DNA of 64,000 bases from Bacteroidota bacterium (GTDB lineage Bacteria > Bacteroidota > Bacteroidia > B-17B0 > Aurantibacillaceae). The translations under genes were made by a program, and so were the position numbers. Below the pieces are notes generated by a model. It ran no database searches. It worked only from the letters and a program-made list of their open reading frames with translations, and was not told the origin of the DNA. Positions 1 to 8,744 of this stretch are shown here, one piece after another; the first letter of the stretch is position 1; each line of letters starts with the position of its first letter. Location: positions 20,477 through 84,476 of the forward strand of contig JABDBZ010000003.1 of assembly GCA_013288385.1 (NCBI GenBank), written 5' to 3'.

Positions 1-1
1 T

Positions 2-511
2 TGTAAACTTAAACCATTCTTCTGCCAAATCATATTCATGTTTATATTTACCATTCAATTCAAAAGTTCTGTCGCCAATTACTACAGAAGCATTTTTATC
101 TTTTGTGTTTTTTTCAAAACCCGGACTCCCATTTATAAATTCAGGATTTATTTTCCAGAAAAATTTACTTAATACTTTGGTAAGTGTAATCGACGATTTA
201 GATTGATAATCGAGTGTAATTGTTTTGATCTCATTCAAAGGTACATCACTATATAATTTCACACTATCTACTTTTTTAAATGCGCCAATACAGTAATTTG
301 TTTCAATAAAATAATGTGGCAACTCAACTAATAAAGCAACCGGCACAAGTGCTAAATCGACTTGCTTAAATTTTAATTTCTGAGCACAAATACTGGGAAT
401 GTCTTCCTGGAGATCTATACGCTCTAATAAATCGCTTTTCTTCAATGCCCACTTGAAGGGCAAAGTATTAGTATAATTAACGATTGATATTTTTATCTTC
501 TCTTTGTTCAA
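2..511 (-). CDS. mqnA: Chorismate dehydratase MqnA family (futalosine menaquinone pathway), 3' end runs off the window
   Basis: Not in the ORF track. Manual translation from TTG at 511: MNKEKIKISIVNYTNTLPFKWAL...DIPSICAQKL...DLALVPVA...CIGAFKKVDSVKLYS...LDYQSKSSITLTKVL...VVIGDRTF...YDLAEEW, the typical MqnA pattern. Confidence 0.8.
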   Translation of the reverse strand, partial: MNKEKIKISIVNYTNTLPFKWALKKSDLLERIDLQEDIPSICAQKLKFKQVDLALVPVALLVELPHYFIETNYCIGAFKKVDSVKLYSDVPLNEIKTITLDYQSKSSITLTKVLSKFFWKINPEFINGSPGFEKNTKDKNASVVIGDRTFELNGKYKHEYDLAEEWFKFT

Positions 512-571
512 AACGCTTGTAAAAATAAGAAGAATGAATTAGTAAATAAACTTTAATTTTGAATACTATTT

Positions 572-1777
572 ATGAGTGACGACAAATATAATTTAAGAGG
601 AGTTTCTGCTTCAAAAGAAGATGTTCATGCAGCTATTGCGAAATTGGATAAAGGATTATTTCCAAAAGCATTTTGTAAAATTGTTCCAGATCTTTTGAAC
701 GGCAGTGAGAAGCATTGCTTAATAATGCATGCGGACGGTGCCGGTACTAAATCATCACTTGCCTATATGTATTGGAAACAAACAGGAGATTTAAGTGTTT
801 GGAAAGGGATTGCACAAGATGCCGTTATCATGAATGTGGACGATCTCATTTGTGTTGGTGCAACAGACAATATTTTATTATCATCTACTATCGGCAGAAA
901 TAAAAACTTAATTCCGGGTGAAGTTATTTCAGCAATTATTAATGGTACAGAAGAAGTTCTTCAAAACTTAAGAGATAATGGTATTTCGATTTCGTCTACC
1001 GGTGGTGAAACAGCCGATGTGGGCGACTTGGTAAGAACAATTATTGTAGACAGTACAGTTGTTTGCAGAATGGAACGGGATAAAGTAATTTCCAATGATG
1101 CCATTAAAGAAGGAAATGTAATTATTGGCTTGAGTAGTTACGGCAAAGCTACTTATGAAAAAGAATACAATGGTGGCATGGGAAGTAATGGATTAACAAG
1201 TGCTCGTCATGATGTATTTAATAAAACATTGGCCAAAAAATTTCCGGAAAGTTACGATGCCGCTTTACCTGAAAGTGTTGTGTATACTGGTGGTTTAAAC
1301 CTCACTGATGAAATAGAAGTAAGTTACCGCAATTCAAAAGCGGAAACCATTACTGAAAAAATGGATGCTGCAAAATTGGTGCTTTCTCCAACCCGCACTT
1401 ATGCGCCAGTAATTAAAAAAGTAATTTCGGAATTAGGAAAAAACATTAACGGCATTGTACATTGTAGCGGTGGTGCTCAAACTAAGGTGCTTCATTTTAT
1501 AAATGATGGGTTGCATATTGTAAAGGATAATTTATTTGAAGTTCCTCCTTTATTTAAAACTATTCAACAACAAAGTCACACCGATTACAAAGAAATGTAT
1601 AAGGTTTTTAATATGGGTCATCGGATGGAATTATATGTTAGTGAAAAATACGCCATTGATATAATCTCCATTGCAAAATCATTTAATATCGATGCAAAAA
1701 TTATTGGAAGAGTTGAAAAAGGTATTGGGCAAATTGTGACTATCAAAAGTGAATTTGGCACGTTTGAATACAAATAA
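572..1777 (+). CDS. purM: Phosphoribosylformylglycinamidine cyclo-ligase (AIR synthase), Bacteroidota type
   Basis: Motifs HADGAGTKS, GGETADVGD, GSNGLTSARH and FNMGHRME. Confidence 0.92.
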   Translation: MSDDKYNLRGVSASKEDVHAAIAKLDKGLFPKAFCKIVPDLLNGSEKHCLIMHADGAGTKSSLAYMYWKQTGDLSVWKGIAQDAVIMNVDDLICVGATDNILLSSTIGRNKNLIPGEVISAIINGTEEVLQNLRDNGISISSTGGETADVGDLVRTIIVDSTVVCRMERDKVISNDAIKEGNVIIGLSSYGKATYEKEYNGGMGSNGLTSARHDVFNKTLAKKFPESYDAALPESVVYTGGLNLTDEIEVSYRNSKAETITEKMDAAKLVLSPTRTYAPVIKKVISELGKNINGIVHCSGGAQTKVLHFINDGLHIVKDNLFEVPPLFKTIQQQSHTDYKEMYKVFNMGHRMELYVSEKYAIDIISIAKSFNIDAKIIGRVEKGIGQIVTIKSEFGTFEYK

Positions 1778-1806
1778 AAAAGTCCCGCAAATGCGGGACT
1801 TTTTTT
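1776..1806. terminator. Bidirectional intrinsic terminator between convergent purM and the lipoprotein pair
   Basis: AAAAAAGTCCCGCA-AA-TGCGGGACTTTTTTT: GC stem with A- and T-tracts on both sides. Confidence 0.9.
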
Positions 1807-1824
1807 ACAATAAAATTCTAAGAA

Positions 1825-2145
1825 TTATTTAATAGTACAAGTTTGTACATCAGTAACTGTACCGGTACCACCTGTGATAGTGTAAGTATTAGTTGTAGTT
1901 TTTGAATAACAACCGCCACCATTTGGTCCACCGTACTCTCTAAAATCTATAGATTTTTGTTTATCCATAGTTATTTTATCTGAAGTAGTTTGAGGATATC
2001 CAGATCCGGTTGGGTTTGTTGTTGTAGTACCGTTAACAACAACTACAAGTGATGAAGCTGTTGAGCAATCACATGTACGTGTTTTTCTGCAAGATGCTGA
2101 TGTAACTGCTACAGCTACAACTGCTAATAATATAATTTTTTTCAT
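1825..2145 (-). CDS. Small Thr/Cys-rich lipoprotein
   Basis: Signal peptide with lipobox (SASC), then CRKTRTCDC; paralogous to 2159-2410. Confidence 0.75.
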   Translation of the reverse strand: MKKIILLAVVAVAVTSASCRKTRTCDCSTASSLVVVVNGTTTTNPTGSGYPQTTSDKITMDKQKSIDFREYGGPNGGGCYSKTTTNTYTITGGTGTVTDVQTCTIK

Positions 2146-2158
2146 TTTTCTTTAAATA

Positions 2159-2410
2159 TTATTTGTATGAACATGTATTAACTTGAGTAGTAGTCTGACC
2201 TTGAGTATTAACGGTCACTTCAGTAGTGTTTTCACAACGTGATTTAATTTCACTTGTTTTCACTTTTTTTATTACTGTAACTACAGGTTGGCTAGTAGTT
2301 GTTGTTCCACTAGGACTAGTAGTTGCCAGTGTACATGTACAAGTACGATCCTTCGCACAAGAAGCCATTGCTAACCCAGCAATAGCAACGATTAATAAAG
2401 TTTTTTTCAT
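2159..2410 (-). CDS. Small Thr/Cys-rich lipoprotein
   Basis: Lipobox MASC, then CAKDRTCTC and a C-terminal TCSYK. Confidence 0.75.
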   Translation of the reverse strand: MKKTLLIVAIAGLAMASCAKDRTCTCTLATTSPSGTTTTSQPVVTVIKKVKTSEIKSRCENTTEVTVNTQGQTTTQVNTCSYK

Positions 2411-2579
2411 ATTTTTTATAAATTTTGGATTAAAGATAACTATTATTAGTTACGAAAAAAGTTAAATAAAAGTTATCGAATTATTGATGGCATTAATTAT
2501 ATGACAGCCAATAAGTTATTGCAGAATTAAGCGACTGGGTTTTCTAATGAAACGTGGCTTAATATCACTAAAAAAAGAA

Positions 2580-3368
2580 TTAATTTCCTTTGAAGCTCGC
2601 TTTTCTTTTTTCTAAAAAAGCTGAAACGCCTTCCTGAAAATCGCCTGTACCAAAGCTCTTACCAAACTCTTCAATTTCTACTTCGTAACCATTAAGTTTA
2701 GAATTGTATCCTGCATTAATAACTTTAATTGCAGTTTTAATTGCAGTTGGGCTCTTTGTATTAATTTTTGCTGTGATCTCAAAACATTTATTTAATAACT
2801 CATCTTGAGTAGTTACATAATTTGCTAATCCCCATTTTAAAGCATCAGTTGCATTAATCATATCAGCAGTAACAATCATTTCAAATGCTTTTCCTTTACC
2901 AACCAATTGCGCTAAACGTTGTGTACCACCGTAACCCGGAATAACTCCCAAACTTACTTCCGGTAAACCCATCTTCGCATTATCACTTACAACTCTAATA
3001 TGACAAGCCATTGCCAATTCTAAACCACCACCCAATGCAAAACCATTTACAGCAGCAATTACCGGCTTGCTAAAATTTTCAATGAAATTAAATATTTTAA
3101 AATGTCCGATTGAACTTAATTGTTTGCCTTGCTCTACAGAAAAATTTGCGAATTCCGCAATATCTGCACCGGCAACAAAAGCTTTTGTTCCACTACCTGT
3201 AATAATAACAGCGCCAATTTCTTTCATGTTTTCTGCTTCTATTAGCGTTTCATGAAGATCTTCAATCGTTTGTTTATTTAACGAATTTAATTTATCAGGA
3301 CGATTAACGGTTATTACCAGAACACCGTTTTTAACTTCAGCTAATATTAATTCAGACGTCATTATCAT
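2580..3368 (-). CDS. Enoyl-CoA hydratase/isomerase (crotonase family)
   Basis: Motifs KAFVAGADI, AVNGFALGGGLELAMAC and PEVSLGVIPGYGGTQRL. Start is ATG 3368 or 3362 rather than TTG 3392. Confidence 0.9.
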   Translation of the reverse strand: MIMTSELILAEVKNGVLVITVNRPDKLNSLNKQTIEDLHETLIEAENMKEIGAVIITGSGTKAFVAGADIAEFANFSVEQGKQLSSIGHFKIFNFIENFSKPVIAAVNGFALGGGLELAMACHIRVVSDNAKMGLPEVSLGVIPGYGGTQRLAQLVGKGKAFEMIVTADMINATDALKWGLANYVTTQDELLNKCFEITAKINTKSPTAIKTAIKVINAGYNSKLNGYEVEIEEFGKSFGTGDFQEGVSAFLEKRKASFKGN

Positions 3369-3468
3369 TTTATAAAAAATTAATTGGAGCAAATATAAGT
3401 TTAATACATTTCAGTTATTGAAAAGTTATAAACCGCAAAAAGAAGAAAAATTAATTGTTAAAAGATGA

Positions 3469-4005
3469 TTACTTGTCTTTGTAAATCACCATATTAATAA
3501 TGCCTTTGTTAGGCGTAGAATTATCACTTAAAGAAATAACAAACGGTTTGCGTTGACCTTCGAAACAATTATAAACAACTGCACCTTGATCTTCAATAGG
3601 GTTTGGTAATTTATTTGCATAATAATCTTTGAGGTCGCAAAATAAGTAAGAACATAATTCTAAATCACTACAATTTATTTGCACACTTATCTCTTCTAAA
3701 CTATCTTTATTTAAAGTATAATCAATAGAGTAAGAAGTAATGCTGTCGGGTTTGTATTCAAAATATAATCTGGTTTGCTCAGCTTCTACCGGCTGTGTTT
3801 GCTCGGTGTTTTTTATCTCTTCTGCTTTGCTGTTTAAATCTAATCCGCGAAATATTCCTTTTTTTGATTTTACAATTTCGTCCATCAAAGGATGAAAGCC
3901 TTCAAAGACTCTTTCCTTTTTAACAACAACCTCTTCTTTTTTTTCATGACAAGCTATCATTGAAAAAAATAAGGCAACTATTAAACTATGAATTAAAAAT
4001 CGCAT
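3469..4005 (-). CDS. Hypothetical lipoprotein
   Basis: 178-aa ORF with a hydrophobic signal and lipobox-like MIAC. Confidence 0.65.
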   Translation of the reverse strand: MRFLIHSLIVALFFSMIACHEKKEEVVVKKERVFEGFHPLMDEIVKSKKGIFRGLDLNSKAEEIKNTEQTQPVEAEQTRLYFEYKPDSITSYSIDYTLNKDSLEEISVQINCSDLELCSYLFCDLKDYYANKLPNPIEDQGAVVYNCFEGQRKPFVISLSDNSTPNKGIINMVIYKDK

Positions 4006-4050
4006 GAAGGTTTTTATGATAAATTGCTATATCAAATGTAGCAATTTATT

Positions 4051-5586
4051 TTATTCTACCTCTGCGTTTGTTCTCGTTTTTTCAGGTCGCATTTGTGGGA
4101 AAAACAATACTTCCTGAATGGTGCTATTATTCGTTAATAACATTGTTAACCTGTCGATGCCAATACCAATACCGGCTGTAGGAGGCATGCCATATTCAAG
4201 CGCTCTTAAAAAATCATGATCTATAAACATAGCCTCATCATCGCCGCGTTCTTGTAATTTCAATTGCTCTTCAAAACGTTCGCGTTGTTCTAACGGGTCG
4301 TTTAACTCACTATATGCATTCGCAATTTCTTTTCCATTAATAATTAATTCGAAACGCTCAACAACCCCGGCTTTTGAACGGTGTTTTTTGGTAAGCGGAC
4401 TCATCTCAACCGGGTAATCAATTATAAAAGTTGGTTGAACATAATTGGCTTCACATTTTTCTCCAAAAATTTCATCTATCAATTTTCCTTTGCCCATGCT
4501 CGGCTCCACATGGATTCCGAGTTTACCACAAACTTCACGCAATTGATTTTCGTCCATACCTGAAATATCAAAACCTGTATGTTCTTTAATGGCATCATAC
4601 ATCGTGATACGTTTGAAAGGTGCTTTGAAATCAATTTCTTTTTCTCCTAATTTCACAACCGTAGTTTCGTATAAATCAGTCGCTACTTTTTCCAATAATC
4701 TCTCCGTGAAATCCATCATCCAATTATAATCTTTGTACGCTACGTAAAATTCTAACACTGTAAATTCAGGATTATGCGTTCTGTCCATTCCTTCATTCCT
4801 AAAATCTTTTGCGAACTCATAAACACCATCAAAGCCTCCTACGATCAAACGTTTTAAATACAATTCATTTGCAATACGTAAATACAAAGGCATATTTAAT
4901 GCATTGTGATGTGTAATAAACGGACGAGCAATTGCGCCGCCGGGAATACTTTGTAAGATCGGAGTTTCAACTTCCAACAATCCCGCATCATTTAAAACAG
5001 TACGAATGGATTGCATAATTTGTGTGCGTTTTTTAAACGTATCACGCACGTGCGGATTGATGATAAGATCAACATAACGTTGACGGTAACGGAATTCAGG
5101 ATCACTTACTTCATCAAAACTATTTCCTTCATCATCTGTTTTTACAACCGGCAATGGTTTTAAAGCTTTCGAAAGAATTTTTAAAGACGTAACATGTAAC
5201 GAAATTTCTCCAGTTTTTGTAGTGAATACATAACCTTCCACACCAATGATATCTCCAATATCAATTAATTTTTTCCAAACAATATCGTACAATGTTTTAT
5301 CTTCTGTTGGGCAAATATCATCTCTGCGCACATATAGTTGTAAACGAGAAGTTGAATCTTGAATAACTGCAAAGCAAGCCTTACCCATATCGCGCATGCT
5401 CATGACGCGACCAGCCATTGAAAGATCTTTATAATTTAATTTATCGCGTTCGTAATTTTCTTTTATATCCAATGCATTTGCATTGATCTTAAATTCATTT
5501 GCCGGAAAAGCATCGATACCTAGATTTTTAAGCTCGGTTAATTTTTCTCTTCTTAATATTTCTTGTTCACTTAGTTCAATTGACAT
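4051..5586 (-). CDS. lysS: Lysine--tRNA ligase (class II)
   Basis: Motifs RYRQRYVDL, LYLRIANELYLKRL, FRNEGMDRTHNPEFT and YGMPPTAGIGIGIDRL. Confidence 0.97.
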   Translation of the reverse strand: MSIELSEQEILRREKLTELKNLGIDAFPANEFKINANALDIKENYERDKLNYKDLSMAGRVMSMRDMGKACFAVIQDSTSRLQLYVRRDDICPTEDKTLYDIVWKKLIDIGDIIGVEGYVFTTKTGEISLHVTSLKILSKALKPLPVVKTDDEGNSFDEVSDPEFRYRQRYVDLIINPHVRDTFKKRTQIMQSIRTVLNDAGLLEVETPILQSIPGGAIARPFITHHNALNMPLYLRIANELYLKRLIVGGFDGVYEFAKDFRNEGMDRTHNPEFTVLEFYVAYKDYNWMMDFTERLLEKVATDLYETTVVKLGEKEIDFKAPFKRITMYDAIKEHTGFDISGMDENQLREVCGKLGIHVEPSMGKGKLIDEIFGEKCEANYVQPTFIIDYPVEMSPLTKKHRSKAGVVERFELIINGKEIANAYSELNDPLEQRERFEEQLKLQERGDDEAMFIDHDFLRALEYGMPPTAGIGIGIDRLTMLLTNNSTIQEVLFFPQMRPEKTRTNAEVE

Positions 5587-5691
5587 AATAAAAAATTTAT
5601 GTGTAAAATTAAGTTTTTTGATTTCATTGAGAAGGGAAGTTGAAGAAATATTGAAAAGTTAATTTGTATGCATTAGCTATAACAAAGTTAA

Positions 5692-5793
5692 TTAGCCACG
5701 GAGACACAAAGACACGGTTTTTGCGGAAGCGTAAATTTCAAGTGGATAAGTGTTAAGTCAAATAAAACCGTGTCTCCGTGTCTTGGTGGCTAA
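5692..5793. repeat. 30-bp imperfect inverted repeat with internal 8-nt periodicity (REP-like stem-loop)
   Basis: TTAGCCACGGAGACACAAAGACACGGTTTT (5692-5721) versus AAAACCGTGTCTCCGTGTCTTGGTGGCTAA (5764-5793); 26/30 complementary. Confidence 0.8.
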
Positions 5794-5813
5794 AAAAAGG
5801 GTGTGGTTTTGAG

Positions 5814-7250
5814 CTAATTCTTTACAATCCTACTCGTCTTCACTCCACTTTCTCTTTTAATAAATAGCATGTAAATTCCATTTGGTAATTCAGAAGTTTG
5901 AATTGTTACTTGATCTTTAAATTTTACTTGCTTTACTATTTGACCAAGTGTATTTATAAATGTGATTTCTACTTGTTCGTTTGAAGTAAAATTAATTTCG
6001 GAAGAGAATGGATTTGGAAAAATATTTAAAGCCATCCCTTCTACTCCGCTCAGGGCAAGCTGAGCCAAAGCCGTACAAGGATCAACTAATTGCTGAATTG
6101 TATAGGAAGAAATACAATATCCATTTTTACCTATAACTGTATAAATAGTTGTTGCTGATGGAGTGATTACGTAATTTGTTGTTGATGGTCCGTTTGCCCA
6201 AGTATAGGATGTAGCGCCTGCACCGGTTAATGTTGCGGATGAACCCGTGCATAAAATAGGATCGGTGCTTGTTGCAAAAACAGATGGTGTAGTTATAAAT
6301 GTTACAGTAGCTACACTAAGTGCTGTTGAAGTTGGGATACCGTTTGGTAATTCACTTCCAAAAACCAAAACTGTATAAGTGCCATTTGAAGGATATTGAA
6401 TTGTAGTTGTATTATTATTAACCGGACTAAAGGTAACCGTATTTGGTATTGCTGACCAGGTATAACTTGTGTTGCCAACTGCATTGTTTACAATACTTGC
6501 AGTTCCATTTGCTGATAAACAATCTACATTAGAAGTAGTAGTCATTGTCAATTCTGATAATTGAATATTATCAATTGCAATACTTAAATTACCACCCGTT
6601 GGATCATTATTGTACCAATGAAAACCAATTTTTACATTATTATTATTTGATAATGTTGTTGGCAAACCTATAGAATAAAAACTCCACATACCTGTAGTTG
6701 GACAAAGCGTATTATTTGATGGAGCAATAGTTGTTAACGTATTCCATGTTACACCGCCATTCGCAGAATATTCAATATCACAATAATCGTTTCCGGGAAC
6801 TCCCTTTTCAAAATATTTAAAACTTAACTGCAGATAATTATGACCAGTGCAATCAACAACCGGAGTTTCTGCACGTTTATTTGTATAAGCTATTGCACCT
6901 CCAAGGTAAGATGCTCCCGGATCTACATTTGGTGTAGGAATTGTAACATTAGCACCTAAATGCAAACTACGATCATTCGGTCCTCCACAAGTTATTCCAC
7001 CGCAAACGCCAATTGCCTGACCCTGTTCTTGTGCACTAATAAACCATTGATTTGCATTTGGTCCATTCATAAATGGTAAACTAAAAGAAGTTATTGCCCA
7101 TGCGCCGTTTGAAGGTGTTGCTACTACACTCGCTCCCTGACCGGCGTTACAGCCTGTACCAAAAGTTTCTGTCCAAAATACTTGCTGCGCTTTTGCATTA
7201 AAACAAATTACGATTAGTAAAAAGGTAATTGAATAAATTATTTTTCTCAT
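5814..7250 (-). CDS. Secreted protein with T9SS type-A C-terminal sorting domain
   Basis: Signal peptide, Thr/Gly/Asn-rich beta domains and a CTD (IFPNPF...LPNGIYML...RIVKN). Confidence 0.85.
   Translation of the reverse strand: MRKIIYSITFLLIVICFNAKAQQVFWTETFGTGCNAGQGASVVATPSNGAWAITSFSLPFMNGPNANQWFISAQEQGQAIGVCGGITCGGPNDRSLHLGANVTIPTPNVDPGASYLGGAIAYTNKRAETPVVDCTGHNYLQLSFKYFEKGVPGNDYCDIEYSANGGVTWNTLTTIAPSNNTLCPTTGMWSFYSIGLPTTLSNNNNVKIGFHWYNNDPTGGNLSIAIDNIQLSELTMTTTSNVDCLSANGTASIVNNAVGNTSYTWSAIPNTVTFSPVNNNTTTIQYPSNGTYTVLVFGSELPNGIPTSTALSVATVTFITTPSVFATSTDPILCTGSSATLTGAGATSYTWANGPSTTNYVITPSATTIYTVIGKNGYCISSYTIQQLVDPCTALAQLALSGVEGMALNIFPNPFSSEINFTSNEQVEITFINTLGQIVKQVKFKDQVTIQTSELPNGIYMLFIKRESGVKTSRIVKN
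6036..6059. repeat. REP-like palindrome located in frame inside the T9SS gene (encodes LALSGVEG)
   Basis: CCCT-TCTAC-TCC-GCTC-AGGG-CAAG closely matches the intergenic copy at 18817 (CCCT-TCGAC-TCC-GCTC-AGGG-TGACA). Confidence 0.75.
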
Positions 7251-7354
7251 ACTTTATAATTAGAAACCGATCTTAACTTATTTAAATATATATAAAATAA
7301 TAACGCCACTTTTAATTGATGTAAAATGTTTATAGATTTATAGAAAATAAAACT

Positions 7355-7888
7355 ATGGCACTTATACTTCCTGTAAAAGATATCAATCCTCAATTTGGAA
7401 AGAATTGTTTTTTAGCACCTAACGCAACAATTTGTGGTGATGTAATTATGGGTGATGATTGCAGCGTTTGGTTTAACGCCGTTGTGCGTGGCGACGTAAA
7501 TAGTATTCGCATTGGGAATAAAGTAAATATACAAGATGGTGCCGTGATACATTGCACTTACCAAAACCTGCCTGCCGGACAGGCAGGAACAAAAGTGAAT
7601 TTGGGAAATAATGTCTCCGTTGGTCATAATGCTATTGTGCATGGGTGCACAGTTCACGATAATGTATTGATTGGCATGGGTGCAATTGTAATGGATAATG
7701 TTGAAATTGGAAGTAATACTATCATAGCTGCAGGAGCTGTGGTGACCGAAGGCACTAAAGTTCCGAGTGGTTGCATTTTTGCCGGAGTACCTGCTAAAAA
7801 AGTAAAAGATATTTCAGAAGAATTAATTAGTGGAGAAATTAATCGCATTGCAAATAATTATTTAATGTACAGTGGATGGTTTAAATAA
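7355..7888 (+). CDS. Gamma-carbonic anhydrase / hexapeptide-repeat family protein
   Basis: SVWFNAVVRGDVNSIRIG, NIQDGAVIH and GHNAIVHGC carry the three metal-binding His residues. Confidence 0.92.
   Translation: MALILPVKDINPQFGKNCFLAPNATICGDVIMGDDCSVWFNAVVRGDVNSIRIGNKVNIQDGAVIHCTYQNLPAGQAGTKVNLGNNVSVGHNAIVHGCTVHDNVLIGMGAIVMDNVEIGSNTIIAAGAVVTEGTKVPSGCIFAGVPAKKVKDISEELISGEINRIANNYLMYSGWFK
7567..7587. repeat. 21-nt palindrome lying in frame in the gamma-CA gene
   Basis: CCTGCCTG-CCGGA-CAGGCAGG, an 8-bp perfect stem. Deleting it gives CAA AAA ACA AAA (QKTK). Confidence 0.75.
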
Positions 7889-7943
7889 TTTTGAGTTATG
7901 AATGATGTCCTTCGACTCCGCTCAGGATGACAAGTTATGAATT
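7887..7943. repeat. Heptamer array interrupted by a 25-nt REP (7908-7932)
   Basis: AATTTTG AGTTATG AATGATG [TCCTTCGACTCCGCTCAGGATGACA] AGTTATG AATT. Confidence 0.75.
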
Positions 7944-8014
7944 GGATTGAAGAATTTTGAATTGGGTTAGTTTTAAAAATAATTAAGTTTAGTGATACAA
8001 ATAAAAAAAATAAA

Positions 8015-8593
8015 ATGAAGAAAAGTCTAATTATTCTCACGCTTGTATTCATCAATAATTTATTCTTTGGGCAATCTGAAGCTAAAATAATTATTCCAAT
8101 CGACTCCATTACACAAAAATATACCTACACTAAAATTATTGAAGTTCCCGATAAAAATGCAAGTGATCTTTTTTTATCGACTAAAAAATGGTGTATTCAG
8201 AAATATTTAAACGATAAATTTATAATAGAAGAAACTGATTCTAAATTAATTTACATTGGTAATTTCCCAATCAATACCGTTATAAAAGTATTGGGGAGAA
8301 ACGCACCTCAAGCATTTACGGTTTTGTTTAGTTTAACTACTCTCTTTAAAAACGGGAAATGCAAAGTTGAACTCTCTAACTTCAAATTAACTCAAAATTC
8401 TCAAGGAACAACAAACGAACGAACGCTTGAAGCCTATAATAAAAACGTAGAAAGTTATAATAGAACAGGAAAAAAATATATAAGATTAGAGAGAGACAGT
8501 ATTTTTAATGAAGTAGATTCTAACGCTAAAAAAATACTCCTCGACCTTGAAAAAGAATTGAAAGGTGAAAATCAATCTAAAAAAGAATGGTAG
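8015..8593 (+). CDS. Exported hypothetical protein (DUF4468-like)
   Basis: Signal peptide, then YTYTKIIEVP..ASDLF...KKW and a C-terminal KKEW, the usual pattern of this Bacteroidota family. Assigned by eye. Confidence 0.6.
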   Translation: MKKSLIILTLVFINNLFFGQSEAKIIIPIDSITQKYTYTKIIEVPDKNASDLFLSTKKWCIQKYLNDKFIIEETDSKLIYIGNFPINTVIKVLGRNAPQAFTVLFSLTTLFKNGKCKVELSNFKLTQNSQGTTNERTLEAYNKNVESYNRTGKKYIRLERDSIFNEVDSNAKKILLDLEKELKGENQSKKEW

Positions 8594-8602
8594 TTTTAAA
8601 AG

Positions 8603-8634
8603 AATTTTGAATTATAAATGTTGAATTTTGAATT
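8603..8634. repeat. Heptamer array (4x7 nt + AATT)
   Basis: AATTTTG AATTATA AATGTTG AATTTTG AATT. Confidence 0.7.
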
Positions 8635-8687
8635 GAGTTAATTTTAAAAATTATTATATTTGGTAAAACAGATAAGGCGCCAAAAAG

Positions 8688-8722
8688 TAATGTAATCTTG
8701 CTAAAACTGCAAGATTACATTA
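8688..8722. repeat. Perfect 14-bp hairpin just upstream of the cassette boundary
   Basis: TAATGTAATCTTGC-TAAAACT-GCAAGATTACATTA. Confidence 0.8.
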
Positions 8723-8744
8723 ACAAAGTTCATCATATATGGTA

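Noticed and set aside
7858-8109. 83-aa minus-strand ORF containing CHPERSRR
   Set aside because: It is a translation of the REP and heptamer repeats and overlaps real genes on the opposite strand.
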